DNA of 60,436 nt, filler included, from Sphacelaria rigidula (Eukaryota): the NCBI GenBank assembly GCA_964200075.2. It is 7 parts of 7 records of this genome, joined end to end, with 100 filler letters (N's around TTAATTAATTAA, not from the genome) between each part and the next. Parts side by side here need not be neighbours in the genome. Positions count along the whole stretch, not along the records: positions 17,298 to 25,845 come from CAXNAA020010814.1; positions 25,946 to 34,493 come from CAXNAA020010815.1; positions 34,594 to 43,141 come from CAXNAA020010816.1; 4 more parts are not named here. One strand, 5' to 3'. Position numbers and translations under genes: made by a program. Below, one piece after another: positions 23,401 through 37,032 of the stretch. Under the pieces are notes generated by a model. The model had not been told where the DNA came from. It searched no databases and worked only from the letters and a program-made list of their open reading frames with translations. Each line of letters opens with the position of its first letter. The first letter of the stretch is position 1.

Positions 23401-25845
23401 TTGGGAGAGGAGCCAACCAGAACGTATGTGCCACTACTTTTGAGACCTTGGGTAATGGACCAAACTCACGAAGAAGCAATTCATTTGGGGAAGGCATCAC
23501 GTCATCGATGTTGGAACGGTATTACTGCTGGATTGGGATAAAGGACAGTGTTAAGTTCTGGATCAGGAGATGTTATACATGTCAAGCTCGAAAAAATCCA
23601 AGAGACACAATAAGGTGGCCACTTATTTCCTCACCACTACCGGGTTAACCAGGGCAGATGGTTTCGTTTGATTTGTTGGGCCCGTTACCAAGATCAACGA
23701 AGGAGAATACATACATTCTCTTGATGGTGGATCTGTTTAGTAGACATGCGGAAGCGTATGCTCTTACCAAAGGAGAGAAAACAGCGGAAGGTTGTGCGAA
23801 TATTCTAGCGCACGACTACATCCCGAGACGGGGATGTCCTCACGCGTTATTGTCGGATGTAGGAACGAAATTCACAGCAAAATTGACAAGGATGGTGTAT
23901 GAGATGTTGGGAGCCGTCAAACGATACACGAGTGCGAATCATCCACAAACTAACGGGATGGTGGAGCGACTGAACCACACGCTATGTCAGATGTTATCGT
24001 ACCTAGTGGCGGATGACCAGAAAGACTGGGATAAGCTATTGTTACACGCAATTTCTGCACTTAATAACAATGCAAGTAGAGGAATAGAGTTAGCGCCGAA
24101 CGAGGTGCATATCGGGAGTTATCCAAGGTTACCCATGGCCATCCTAGAAAGAAGAGGTGTGGTGGGACACCAGGGCCTGAAGGCGGACCAACTCGAATAC
24201 TTGCAGTTGATGAAGGATCGTCAAACCAAAGCATACGATCTTGTGAGACAAGAGGACTTTCTGATAAAATCCAAACACGAGGCAAATAATGAGCAGGTGG
24301 AAGAAGCAGCTCTAAATCAAAAGCCAAAGTGGGAGGTAGGCAATTGGGTTTTTGTGTATGACACCAAGGGTACTATCATGTCAGGGGGAACTGCGGTACG
24401 CGAAGGGGGGAAAAACAGCCTTATCGTCGAAACTGTCGCATCCTTGGCAAGGGCCGTATAAAACCTTGGTGGTGGGACCAGCTATTTCGGAAAAGGGTGA
24501 GCTAGTGGGAGAAGACCTACTGTTGCTTGAACTCCGAAAAAATGAGCCAGGGGCGATTATGAGTCCCCCAGTTTCTGTGTTGAGATGTAAGCGGTGCTTC
24601 AATCCAAAAGATGAACCGGGGCCGCCGAAGTCCTTACCCTGGGGTTTAAGTCGGTATATGTTGAATCAATATTCGGAACTATCACCTCCGTCACATCTAA
24701 CCGAGGAAGATGTGTCGATGCAGCTGGACACGTATAGGCTGAAGCCCACAAAGATTGTGAGTCACCGTGTATCTCGTGGTTTGGGGGGAAAACTCTCAGT
24801 TCAGTATCTATTCTATTGGGAGAATTTGGAGAGACCCAGGTGGGAACATGAGGAGAGCATAAAACAATATGGACGGGTAATTTTGACGTTCTGGATGGGA
24901 AATCTCAGAATGGAGAAGCCAGACAACTCGAAGTACCGAAAATACCGCATAAATTTGGCAAGACGAGCGGAGGCTGGAGAACGGGGAGAAATGTTTGTGG
25001 CTCAAGGCTATGAGTTGAGAAGCCATGTCACTGCTGGTCCTCATGTGGCATGACCAGCAAATTGTCGGTTGTTATATATGTTATCGAATGCAGTCGACAG
25101 GATGGCTTCTAGCCCAGGTGATGGGCCTTCAAGAGGATGCGGCAGTACAGAGGCGCCCGCACACTGGGAAAGAGGTACAACGTTCATCTTTCACCGGAGA
25201 ATTTGAACGCATCGAGGAATCAAGTGGGGGATTGGTGCTGGCATGTTCATGTGCAGCGCGGGACTTCAAAATTCTTTGAACATACGCTGTAGCTGGAACG
25301 CTGGAGCAGACCATCGATTATCATCGGAATTGAAGACGGACATCACAATATTCTAGATAATTGGGGGTGGTTTTGGCATCGGTATACGACGACGAGAAGG
25401 AGATGAAGCTGCGCCAGGAAAACGATGAAATGGCTCGACTAACTTCCTTACCTTAGTTGGAGTGTTTTCCTCTGTTTTACACTTTGAAGTTGACTGTTGG
25501 AATAATCGTGTAGGTTGAACACGGGCAGTATCTTTGAGGAAGGGGACCGATTTGTGGAGTTTTGGGTAAAGAAATCAGGGTAAAGTAGTGAATGTTACAA
25601 TTTTTGGGAGTCTATTTTGTAGTACTCACGGATTTGGGGCAGCTGGTTTGAGTATCAATTTGGAAATATTGAGGCTCACCAGAGTTTTGGCGTTTTCAAC
25701 TAGTTTGTTCACCGGATTTATCTAAACAAAAGATGAAATTTTGGTTCACAGAATGGGCTGATGTGACACTTTCTACGATAGCCCCCCCCCCTCACCTCTA
25801 GACTCTTGGGTTGGCGTCGAGTGGCAACGGCGCTGTAAAACAAGC

Positions 25846-25945
25846 NNNNNNNNNNNNNNNNNNNNNNNNNNNNNNNNNNNNNNNNNNNNTTAATTAATTA
25901 ANNNNNNNNNNNNNNNNNNNNNNNNNNNNNNNNNNNNNNNNNNNN
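25846..25945. other. Artificial contig linker
   Basis: N44-TTAATTAATTAA-N44. Confidence 0.98.
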
Positions 25946-26019
25946 CCGCCCCAAAGGGGGGCGTGGTCAAATGGCAAACGAAAAAGGTAGGCAACAAATG
26001 AGTACGCCCCCCCCCCCCC
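25946..26019 (+). mobile_element. LINE 3' end followed by C13
   Basis: GCGTGGTCAAATGGCAAACG...CAACAAATGAGTACG followed by a C-run. Homologous to 10669-10741 and 45827-45895. Confidence 0.75.
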
Positions 26020-27533
26020 TCGCTCCCTCTCCTCGCCCAAAAAAAGACGTCAACATGGAAGAGAGTTTCGGAACACGCTTTTTTGGCATCTCAGAGTGCA
26101 AATATCTCAGGATCAAAGTGCAGATCAAAAAGAAACGCCTCACCGAAAAACATTGTGGGGATTCTACATTTGGCGGAGGGGAAAATAATTTTCCGCTACA
26201 CTCTGACCCTGAGATATTTGCATATTTGGTGGACCTTTGTATCGGCATGTTTGGTTCACTGGGAAATAACTCACTTCACGTAGTAGGGGGCATATAAAAG
26301 AGAACAATCATCGCTGATACCGTTATTCAGGTTTTTTGGGTCACCATGAATTTTCATTCTGCGGTAAATTCTGTTTTTTGGCGGTATCGCATATACTAGT
26401 GCCCACTGCGAATTCCGGAACGAAGTACGTTTTCAGGACTCATAGGGTTTCTGCCGAAACATGGCATTATCTGCCTGACCTGTATTTCTTGTATATGTAG
26501 CTCTTCGCCGCGGACCGTACTATACTGATGCCGAACGCACATATCGATTTCAATAATTGAATTCTCTCGAGGCTTGTCGTCTTTAAGGCTACACTTTTTG
26601 TAATTTCATATAACTTCTATCGCTAGAGTATTTTCACTTTTTGAACAACGTTCATTTGATTTTTACCGTCGGCGGACATCAGTAAAATAGGGTCCGGGGC
26701 GCCCACCAACAAGCGAAGAGAACTACAGGTTTGCCAAAACCCTGCTCCCGCAAACACTCTGATATTGAACGACTTTCAGCCTAACTGGTCTTCGGGGTCC
26801 GGCGTCTGCACAGCCGCAGGTTTTGAGTTATTGTTATTTTCACTCGATCGAACCAGTCCCGACGGTTCTGGTGAAAAATCAAACCGTAGCCTTTGTTTCC
26901 CTTCAAGACGTTCATCGTACTGCATAACAAACTCGAGGTGTTTCAGACTAAACACGTTCAACGGTACCTCCCACAAACAAGTTTTCAACTCAGATCTCCG
27001 GGACAACACGAACGCGGGACATGTTTTCCGTGGACCACCTGTTTCTTTCCTCACTATCTACCGACTCTTAACACTTACGCGTGGAAATATAGTGTTTTCG
27101 GAGGGAAAAAAAAGAAGAAATTTAAATGGTGCGTTTCCTTCTTCCAGATGTGCCCTACTTAAATATGCGAGTACAAAACGTTTCACAATCGAACAGAACC
27201 AGGATTTCCAGCAAGCCTGGGAGTGGTGTGTACTTCGCGCTGTTGGTTTGCTGCGGTCCAGCATATTTCCCGCCGTCGTGCATGGCTTTGCGAACACTTG
27301 GCGTGACTGTAGCCATGCTACTATCCTTGCCTGCGCTGTTCGCCGTTTAACGCGGAGGCGCTCGATGCATGCAATGGGCACCATTTCTCTGTCGTGGTTC
27401 GAGTGCATGTGTCCACAGTACCGACTCCCGCACTTGCTCGATGCCACAAGCGTGCTCGCTGACTTGCCTCTTCTCCTCCCTGTGGCGGCCTCTCTGGCAC
27501 CACTATCGTTGTCTGTATAAAACATCGCTGCAG

Positions 27534-27804
27534 AAGCAAGGGATGTTTTGCAGGGTTTTCCACACGCTCGCCGCACGCTACAACTTCGTGAGCTGCGCGG
27601 TCGGCCCTCTGGACGACACCTGCGACAGCCAAAACGATGACGACGCGATGGCCGTACTCAGCCAAGTGAAGTGGGGTACTATCTTGCTAGACGTGATTTT
27701 GTTGATCATTGCCTGCCTCTTGGCGCTAGTCGCCTTGCCGACGCTCTCATCCAAGGGGGCCATCCGGAGCCCTGGACCTTGCAGCTGTTGGCGCGGGCCC
27801 TTTG
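27534..27804 (+). CDS. Possible internal exon of a host gene (one hydrophobic segment)
   Basis: CTGCAG acceptor, GC-rich open frame (KQGMFCRVFHTLAARYNF...ILLDVILLIIACLLALVAL), and a GT donor candidate near 27805-27806. Confidence 0.3.
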
Positions 27805-29379
27805 GGTAGACAAAACAAACGTGGTGTCCGCGTCGATGTTTGCTTCTGGTTTGACTTTGATATATTGTATTGTAGACTCGGGACCGAGGGAGCGGAGCGT
27901 GATGGAGGGTTGGAGGTTTAGTGTGGATGAGGTGCAACGGACGTAATGGTGCGGCGGAGGTGCTTGAAGGGGTAGGGTCTGGCCGTGATGAAAACACGTT
28001 TTGGTCTGAGAGAATTGTGTTGCGTGCGCTTCGGAGGCTTTGAGGTCCGTCCTTCGCCTGCTACAACTCTGAGGTGTAAGTTACGTCAGGTTGCAAGTCT
28101 TTCTCCAACATCATGCACCATGTTCCTAGCTCTCTGCAGTTCTACGACCTGAACGATGACAGACTATTGAGACAATGCCGCCAGAACGATCGAACGTTGA
28201 AGCGCTGACTGATGGAAGCAATTTGAATAGGGTCCAGTTCGCTGTGTCGAAAGCATCCGGAGACGTTCCAACAGCTTGTTCGATCTTGGGCACGTACGGA
28301 AAATCGGTGTTCGTCGTCGTGTGATGCTGGTGAAAGAACCGAAGATGGCAAGGACTTGACTTACCGGCACAAGTGTCAAGTCTAGTCTTCGTTTTTTTTG
28401 GACTACGCCGAATCTGAAGCTTTGACCTTTGGATTTTTCGCTTTCTTCCCGATGGGCAGGGTCTCGCCCCCGTGAGAAATAGCACATTTTGAGTAGATTA
28501 CCGCACACATGATGACTGGAGCACTTCTCCGTTCGATGATTGATGTACATCCAACTCTTAGTTTGTATCGTGTCGGTACGATATCGTTGGACACTGCTGG
28601 TGGTCTGTGCGTCTGTAGCTTCAGCCTGGCGCTCCGCGTGTGCACACGTGGAGGTGACGTTACTATACATTGGCATATCATCAAGTTGAGTCATGTGTGT
28701 AGTTGGTAATCCGGTAGTAGCGACTTTTGGTGTCGCGCTCGGGATTGATTTTTGTTCCCCCCAAAAATACTGTCTGAATTTTGATTTGCGAAAGTGGTGA
28801 ATCGTGTGTAGCGAGGTGATGAGTTTCCGTCTACCGGCACGGATACGGGTTATCTGTGTACCTGTTTGTCGTAGGAACGTTGATTGCACTCGCAGGGTTG
28901 ATGAGCGCCCTGTGAAATAGGCATGTTGTACTTGTATTCGTGGCACAACATTGTAGTGCTGTGCACAAACACATGACACGATACATAGCTGTATCCAAAC
29001 TTCATGGGCGAGGGTGCGGTGTCCTAGTAGTAGGTAGTTATATGTATTTGGTAATCCAAACGGTTTTTGGACTCAGTTGCAACGTCGTGTGCTACTGTGT
29101 AGCGCTCCATCGGCTCACAACACTACCCAATGGGTGAGTTTGGGTCAAGGGTGCATTTTGACTTCAGAAGGTTTTGTGGGACTGCAAGCTAAGGGCCACA
29201 TGTTTGCCATTGGGGGCTCCTAAAGTGCAGAACCCCCCAAAACAATTGTGCAACCCTATCGTAAGACAACTCCCATGATAACTAAGGACGATGATTACAG
29301 AGGGGGAATTTCGCCGTGTTTCCTAACACGAAAATGCAATTCGGGCATAGCTTTCAATCCTTATCTCGTCGGTGTGTGA

Positions 29380-30290
29380 GCTGACGGTTCTCCGTTGGTA
29401 GTACAGATAGCAAGATCTGATAACGGGGGAGGGAGTCCGGGGATAAAATCAGGTCAAGAGATGATTGGCTGTTGATCAAGGAGGGATCTACCCTCGCCCA
29501 TGGCCCCCAGTGCAACGGCGTCGCAGAGTGCGGGCTAGGTATCATCGAAGCAACGGCGATAGCGGGGAGAACTCAGGCAAGGGTGTGTGCAGCCATCTTC
29601 AGCTACCCAAGAACGAGAAGCAATGAGGTCCAGGTGATGCCTCGGGCGTGTGTACAGCTCATCTGCACCGCTTCGATCTCGAAACCCAACAGCAAACTAC
29701 CGAACGAGATGCCATCCTGAGCGGCTGTGCTGGGCATGCTACACCCTTTCCTCCAGCAAAGCTTTTGCCCGAGGCAGAGACTCTCACCGCGGGTTGATGC
29801 GGGGTGGGAAAGTAATCGAAACCCACGACGTCATGTAGGTGGCTGCAACGGGAGGAGGGGGTGAGTTCTGTGACGACGTCGACGACGACAATGACGACGA
29901 CGACGGTATCCTGATAAAAGTTCAGCCGTCAACAGGGAATGGAATTCCCCGTGTGCGTGAACCGCTGGGGGGGATAGTCTACAGTCAAAAAGCGGTAGAG
30001 GCTGCGGGGCGTCAGCTTTATCTCAATTTTCCGCTGCCACTTTAAATCTTACCACCGCCGCCTTCATCCAGCAGCGCATCGTCATTATCACCTCCATCGA
30101 CATCGCCAAGTAGCAAGTCGGCATCTTCCAGCAAATCAGCACCCGCGGCGAACGCAAGCAACAACGGCGACGACTCCACCAGCGACGATGTGCCTGGTTG
30201 TTTTGGCCTTCAAGCGCAACCTCGTAACGTGCTGAGACAAGTCGAGGCGTACAACACGGGGTCTCATGGCATTAGTAACATCGGGGCGGG
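29380..30290 (+). mobile_element. Highly degenerate Ty1/Copia integrase relic
   Basis: PQCNGVAECGLGIIE resembles the Copia PQxNGVAER motif, and GKVIETHDV follows. A purine-rich tract and an LTR-like repeat lie downstream. Confidence 0.6.
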
Positions 30291-30580
30291 TGTACTCATG
30301 ATCTTGCATGTCATAGTTATGAGGCAATTGACTTCGCATCCATACACAGCCGGGACGAAGCACACCTGATTTTCGCCGAGCCAGCCTCGTTATCAGTCAC
30401 CAAGCGCGAAGCGCCGTGATGTCCTCGGATGTGTTCGACGAGTTGCATGAAGGATGAGCTGCATCTTGTTACGACTGTTCGGCTCGAAGCGTACTGATCA
30501 TCTTGAATTTGATGACAGCCTCCAATGAGTTGCTTCATTTTCTGGTATTGTCACTTCCAGAGACAGCCACGGCTCATACA
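30291..30580 (+). repeat. LTR-like interspersed repeat (TGTA...TACA, 290 bp)
   Basis: Preceded by GGGGCGGG. Homologous copies at 37848-38125 (+) and 43242-43308 (-). Confidence 0.7.
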
Positions 30581-31807
30581 CTCCCTCATGGGCGCAAAAC
30601 AAACAAGCTACTGGTTTGTTGGCTACGCTGGGACCCGTCAGCGGGGACCAAATTTCGCGCGCGATGATTGCTGAGCAGGGAATGTTGAAGCTGAACAAGA
30701 ACCCCGCCACACCCACCAAAGTCCCGAGCCAGAGCCGTAGCTCGCGGCTGTGTACACGCTGACCTTGGGAAAAGGGCTATGACTTCAAAATCTGACAAGC
30801 TACTGGATGTAGGAACTTTCACCACTGATATCGACCATTTGCGTGAAATGCGTTTCGGAGTACGCGTGTTGTGTGTGGTAGATCGTATCCCATTTGCGTG
30901 ATACGATTGTCGCATTCCAGTCTGGTCTTGAGTGCACCTACCACCGTTCGAAACAAAGCTACACCCAGCGAGGAAGCCCAATCCACGAAGTCACGAGCGT
31001 TCTTCTTGGAGAGGTCCAGTTTGTATTCAGAACGCCTTCACGGCACGCGCACGTGAACCTAGGTTTGATACAGTACTGCATCGGACTTCGTGGTCCTGTG
31101 TCCTGCGTGCTAGACGCATCTAGATGCGCCTACAGTATTATAAAGTTGCTGGCCGATCGCCCTTTGCAGCCCCCTGCTTATGTGCTTGTATGCGCTATCC
31201 GTGCAGTCAGAGCACGCGACCATTACATGGTTCCTAACGCGAGACGATGAGCAGTATGGCATAGTTGCATTCCTGGAGTATCGCACTGTCTGCGTACTGT
31301 CCGCCATTGGTGTAACGTAACGATAATGCTCTTGATTTTGTTTGGGCAAAGCTACAGCTGTGGCCACTGTTTCTGCAACTGAGGACATGGGACGTTAGTT
31401 ACCAGGATACAGGTAGCAACGTGCCCTACTAAAACGAGGAGGTCACCAACGGTGGTGGTGCTGCCGGAGACCCCAGCTCATGTCGATCCCCCGCCAGTAC
31501 CGTAACCAACAGAAGCAACGATGGATTAGACCACCAACGTCGTGGCCGCTCACTGTCGGCCCGCTGCCGGCAGGCAGGACCCCGGAACCGTCGCTCTCCG
31601 TCGACACGCCGCTAGCAGAACCCTGGAACCAGCGGTCATCCCTGCTCTAGGAGTCACCCCCGCTTCCGCTCCCGTTCACCGGTCGCTCACCGCTTCCGCT
31701 CCCGCCTACACCCAGATTCTCGCTAGCGCTCCCACTGTCAGCGTTATTTCCACGCTGTCAGGCAGCCCCCCCCGCGGCCGCCGGCATTAGAGAGAGGAGT
31801 TCAGGTC

Positions 31808-33207
31808 ATGCAAACAGCACACGGACGTGGGTTGGCCACGGCATTGGGACGCAATATGCCAGGAACGGCGGCTAATGTTGCGGCCCAGGAGTCAGAGTCC
31901 AACCCGCTTGCGATAGTAAGTGAACGCGTGTGCAACCGGATCGCGGAGGGTCGGCCATGTCCGGTATACCCGGGAGCGGCCACAGGGGAACTAACAGTCA
32001 CTAGCAGTGCTGTCATTCTGCAACACCGTGAGTGGTCCACCTTGCGCGTTATGAATCAAGGCGTGCTGAAATTACCAGAAGACGATTATATTCACTGTAA
32101 GTGAATAACCCAGGTGGGCAAGTGCTAGGTTCGTAGACGTAACCTCCTAATAATTCAGCTTTTAGCAGAAACTAGCAGCACTTCCACCGCATTGACCTCC
32201 GCTGACAGAGTTTCCGTGTACCGCATCATGGGTGAAAATCAAATTCACTTATTCCACCCAACGTTATCATTTAGTGATTGCTTGGGGATCCTCGTCCACG
32301 AAGAAACCATGACGAATAGCCCCACCATGCACTTTGCGCGTCACGCTATCTGTTGGAGACATGAAGTGCGGCGGCAAAACGAGTACTACTGTCGGTATTT
32401 TGTGCAAGTTGGCCAACGTGGACCGGTGCTTTAGTACTGAGATCACGTCCTTTTGGCTATCCATTTTAACTTTGTAACTGAGGGATCTTTACGATCATGC
32501 TATCAAAGTCGTTTGACTTAATCCTGTCGAAAGGCTGGGCCTACCCTCGGCCCTCCAAGAGATGGCGCACACAATTTCATCCAGAGTACGAACCCTGCGT
32601 AGCGAGTGGCGCAACCCGATGGATTTGGCGATGCAGCGCCAGGGAGATGTAGCGAAAGGTTTGTACATTGATTTCGTGCGAATCGTGACGGCACGTCACG
32701 CTGAATACGGCGACGACTCACGCAGTCACACACGAAATTTCCACCATGGTAAGGGGGCCGACAGGCCACTTTCCCTCGAACAGGTGAAAAACTTGCTCCA
32801 GTCGCCTTCACAGCTCGAGTCGATGCTGCAGTACAATGCCCCCCTTTCCCCCCAAAGCTCCCACCGCTCCGTAAGTCCCCGTCATCTACTCCCTGGTGCC
32901 GGCCGTCCCCCACTCTACAGCACTTGCCTTCGCGGTGTTCAGCAGCCAACTAGTATCTGCACCGGGCAGGCAAGGTGTCTCGTTCGTGAAGCAAGAATCG
33001 AAACCCGACAGGCCCATCCACCACGACCCAGCCTCAGGGCATACAGTCGCCCACCAGGCAGTTGGTACGCAAGCAAAACCCTCGGCACCCCAGTCCGGTA
33101 GCACTTCGTCGCTGCCGGCCGGCGCCACTGCATCTGTTCAATTGACCGGATCGGCTCAATCCACTGAGCCGTACATACCTCTATTCCTTGGCTTAGGCAC
33201 CGGGTAA
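31808..33207 (+). pseudogene. Degenerate ORF, possibly a retroelement gag/ORF1
   Basis: ORFs 31808-32104 and 32192-32434 share a frame interrupted by stops. A Pro/Ser/Gln-rich tail follows. No diagnostic motif. Confidence 0.3.
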
Positions 33208-33225
33208 TGGTTTTAGATCTTATAT

Positions 33226-33441
33226 TGAAGAGCAGCCAACTTCTACTACTGTAACTTGGGAGAGTGCTGATGAGATGGAGGGTAGCTGAAAGAGAGAGTG
33301 GGCACGGGTGGCCTGCTGCTCCGCTGCTCTCAGTCGTACTGTACCACATTTGCACACACTTGACTGTCGGTACTCGTACGTCACCCCGATCCCCGGTTCT
33401 ACGTAGATCCAGCATTACTGGGTATCTGAATGACCTGAACA
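33226..33441 (-). repeat. Putative 3' LTR of the Copia element
   Basis: On the minus strand a G7 tract precedes TGTTCAGG..., with a plausible end at ...CTCTTCA. The end position is uncertain. Confidence 0.5.
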
Positions 33442-33750
33442 CCCCCCCGATCGGATACCTCAGCACTCAAAGCTCAAAACAAAAAGAGGTTTCAAGGAGG
33501 GAACTCAGCCTTCCGAGCAAAACCCCCCTATAACACAAACTCCACCACTTGTGCTCAAAAACAAACAACCTTTTCTCGCAGACGCCCAGGCCAGGGCACC
33601 TGCACTTGACAACAGGAAACGCCCTACAAACCCATGCCCCACAAAGTAGCGTGAGCGGCTTCACCCGATGTAAGTGCAGATGCATTACGGAAACCATGAC
33701 CTGAAACATCTAGAGCCGTCAAATCGGAAGACACACACACAAAAACGTGC

Positions 33751-34380
33751 CTACTCGCTGTCCCCAGTGTTCATCAAGGCGCGACGGTGCCTCTTGAACA
33801 GCGTGATTGGGAGCGGCTTTGTAAGAGTATCAGCGTGTTGCCACTCCGAATCCACATGTACAATCCTTACTGCTCCCGTCCTAACTAAGTCCCTAATAAA
33901 GTTCCACCTCACGTCGATATGTTTAATACGACCCGAGCTGAGAGGGTTGTCGGGTAGAGCCTTGGTCCCCCCATTGTCTGTATAGAGAACAATGTCATAC
34001 TCCACCTGTCGTCCCAACACCACCCTTGGTCGCAGGAAAGACAGTACCGACCTGACAAACATGCATCCCTTCGCCCCTTCTGCCATAGCTACGTACTCGG
34101 CTTCGGTGGTTGACAGGGTGACGCAGTGTTGCGTTCGACTAGCACTCGATACTGCTTTCCCCCCGTACATGACCGCTACCCCGGAAACCGATCGCCTGTC
34201 TGTACCTTTCTTGGCGTAGTCGGCATCACAGTAGACTGAGGGCCTACTTTCCCCTGAAGTGAAAGTTAGACCGTAATTTCTGGTCGTGTTGGGGTACGCT
34301 AAACATTTTAACACCCCTCGCCAGTGCCTTTCACACGGATCATGTGATTGTCGGGCCCGGTCTCGGACTGCAGTTGACTA
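33751..34380 (-). mobile_element. Ty1/Copia RT C-terminus and RNase H
   Basis: YCDADYA, RRSVSG, LSTTEAEYVA, YTDN, KHIDVRW and ADTLTKPL form the canonical Copia RNase H signature. Confidence 0.95.
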
Positions 34381-34493
34381 ATGCCGAGATAGCCCCCCCA
34401 CAAAAAGTGCACCGGCACCATTCAACGAACCGGCTGTGATCCCACTATTGGGCTCGTTTGCAGCAATTTCGCCCGTATGAGAGGCGTGTAGCA

Positions 34494-34593
34494 NNNNNNN
34501 NNNNNNNNNNNNNNNNNNNNNNNNNNNNNNNNNNNNNTTAATTAATTAANNNNNNNNNNNNNNNNNNNNNNNNNNNNNNNNNNNNNNNNNNNN
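34494..34593. other. Artificial contig linker
   Basis: N44-TTAATTAATTAA-N44. Confidence 0.98.
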
Positions 34594-34754
34594 AGTGTGG
34601 GGAAAGCACTGTTTTAGGCTTGAGCCTCATCTCGAAGTTAAACCTCAATTCTCACAATTTGTTGTTCTAAGTGAAATTGGAAGTCGCAAGTTGACTTTCA
34701 ATACTGTATGAATCGGACGTCCTTTTGATACACCGTACTGCTATACAGCTGACG

Positions 34755-35450
34755 TTAAATGGCGTGGTCGCTACGAGTGAAGGCGGTTCCGAATCTGCCA
34801 CTGACGGTGGCAGGCAGAAGTATAATATGTACAACCGTATATCTGCACGGTGTCGCCACCAATGCTGGGGAAACGTACCGCGAAGGATTTACAAAAGCGA
34901 TTTCCCCGCCAAGAGTGATCCATCCTCGTGATGTCGCGCTGTCTCCTAGAAGGGATGTTATCCCTGCTACTTCGAAAATACTTCTGAAAAAGGCCATGTT
35001 GCCATACTGCCGCTGCCAAGGCTTTGTGAACAGCCCGGGCGATGTTGGCCTGAAGATGAAATCGGTAACCAACCCAGCGGCCCTCCACTTGGCAATGAAG
35101 ACAGTGGCGAAGACGTGATATAAGCGCTTTTGAAGAAAGGGGCTGTGATGTCCCGCGTAGCCCTGGTCGGTGGAGATAGATCCTCGTCCGCACGTGCAGA
35201 TAAAAGTTGCAATAGCTCTGACACGCTACAGTTCCAAGGTGCCTAAACTCAACCCTTTGAGTAGTCACAGATGAGCATCCGAGTCTGAACGTTCATGTTT
35301 CAAGTGTAAATGATTCCAATCCAACAGATAGATGGGCATCCCTGGGTGTCGAAGGGCAACGTCGTCGGGGAAGATGCTGTACGGTACCCGCGAGCTTTGT
35401 AGAGAACAATACAAAGAGAGCCTAGAAAAAGAGACGCAGCGACTCACCAA
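34755..35450 (-). pseudogene. Degenerate ORF of unknown family
   Basis: ORFs 35265-35450 and 34755-35072 share a frame, giving about 230 codons with two internal stops and protein-like composition. Confidence 0.25.
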
Positions 35451-36175
35451 GGCGTCATCTATTTTGCTGCGGATACACTATGTTGTACGCAGGTGCAGTT
35501 GCTGTACAGTGCTCGTGAGGTTTGTACGGGAAAATGCGAAAGAGAGCCTACAAAGGGAGACACTGCAACTCATCATTTGTGCTCATTTTTGTCCCCAGTA
35601 GCTACAAGTGAGTCGGCTTGACGGTGTTGATTGAACATGTCAACATGATACGAATCCGTCAAGGACCAACCATCTGTACATTGTGCCTCTGGCCAAGGTG
35701 CGGAGGCCTGCTCACGTTCGGGTGTCTTCTATCGGACTTGCACGATGCTGTAGAACCGAACAGAACCTTATGACAGCATGCATTATCTTGTGTCACTTGA
35801 AAAGAGTGAAGCTGGGTCCCTCTGGTTCCATACACAAGGCTCATGTGCTTTGGTATCACCTCGACGATCAGCAAAGGAAAAAAACAACCGCGAAGCTTAC
35901 GCACACAACAGAAGAAAAAAAAACAGAATAACCCCCACCCCCGAGACATATTTCAACAGCGCTAGAGAATTATCTTCAATAGACGAGAAAACAACACAGA
36001 GCGGTATCTACCTCCTGAAAATTAGTGAAGCGTTCAAGTCCTAATTCCTCATACATCGTTCCACACCAAAAAATACATTGCTCTCTTCCGCCCCACCAGC
36101 AAACACTCTCGCCACAACCTCCTGCTACCCCCCCTCTCCGCGATCCATCATGCCGGGAGAATCGCGCTTGCTCTT

Positions 36176-36831
36176 TTACATCCCCCCCCATCTATCACCA
36201 TCAACACTGCCAGACCCTCCAGGCAGGCCATCCAGAACGTTGCTGTATTGCCCCGATCGCCCGCCTCGCACCCCATCATCTGCATACTGGTGACCTCCGA
36301 AGTCAGACCCGGGGGGCGCCGCTCCGACGCCCTGCGGCATCCCAGGCACTACTAGTCCATGCTGCCGTTGTTGGTGGTGCTGCTGTTGTTGTTGACCTAC
36401 CATCGCCGCCGCCAGAGCTTCCATGTTGGCGACGCTTGCGGGCGCTCCCCCATACCGAGAATGTTGCTGTTGCGCTACTGAGGATAAAACGGCGCCGGCG
36501 CCGCCTCCCAGGACGCCAGCTCCGCCCACGCCGCCGCCGGAGTAGTCTGGTTGGCGCGATTGCTGCGCGTATACGGGTTGGAGCTGCTGTTGCGCTTGTT
36601 GGGCCTGCTGCTGCTGGCGTTGTTGATATTCCCGCTGGGCTTGGGCGTGCGCCTGGGCTGCATGCACTCGGGCGTACTCTTGCTGTTGTTGCTGTTGCTT
36701 GAGCTGTGCCGCCGCGCGTGCTTGCTGCTGCTGCTGTTGCTGTTGCTTGAGCTGCGCAGCCGCGAGGGCCTGTTGTTGCTGCTGCTGCTGCTGCTGTTGC
36801 TGCTGCTGTTGCTGCATTATGCGGTATTGCC

Positions 36832-36862
<31 letters not shown>

Positions 36863-36971
36863 CTGCTGCAGGGTGTGCTGGTGCGCACGGTGCGACGCCA
36901 ACATCTGTGACGGCACGCCTCCTCCTACCCCGTCCCCCGGTCCTGGACTCTGGACGGGCGAGTACCCCTGC

Positions 36972-37032
<61 letters not shown>

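Larger units (their letters stand above)
17420..25330 (+). mobile_element. Near full-length degenerate Ty3/Gypsy element with chromodomain
   Basis: Domain order is gag (knuckle CVNCGSSEHLLARDC), protease (LVDTGS), RT (LDITSGYF, LYIDDV), RNase H (TDASLDGLGAV, YTDHQPL), integrase (CYTCQ, FDLLGPLP, LSDVGTKF, HPQTNGMVERLN) and chromodomain (VQYLFYWENLERPRWEHEESI). Many frameshifts in pol. Confidence 0.95.

Noticed and set aside
26765..28979. Long ORFs of 251 aa (+) and 271 aa (-)
   Set aside because: They show no motifs and have Ser/Arg/Cys-rich shadow-like composition. They are likely chance ORFs in intron or repeat DNA.
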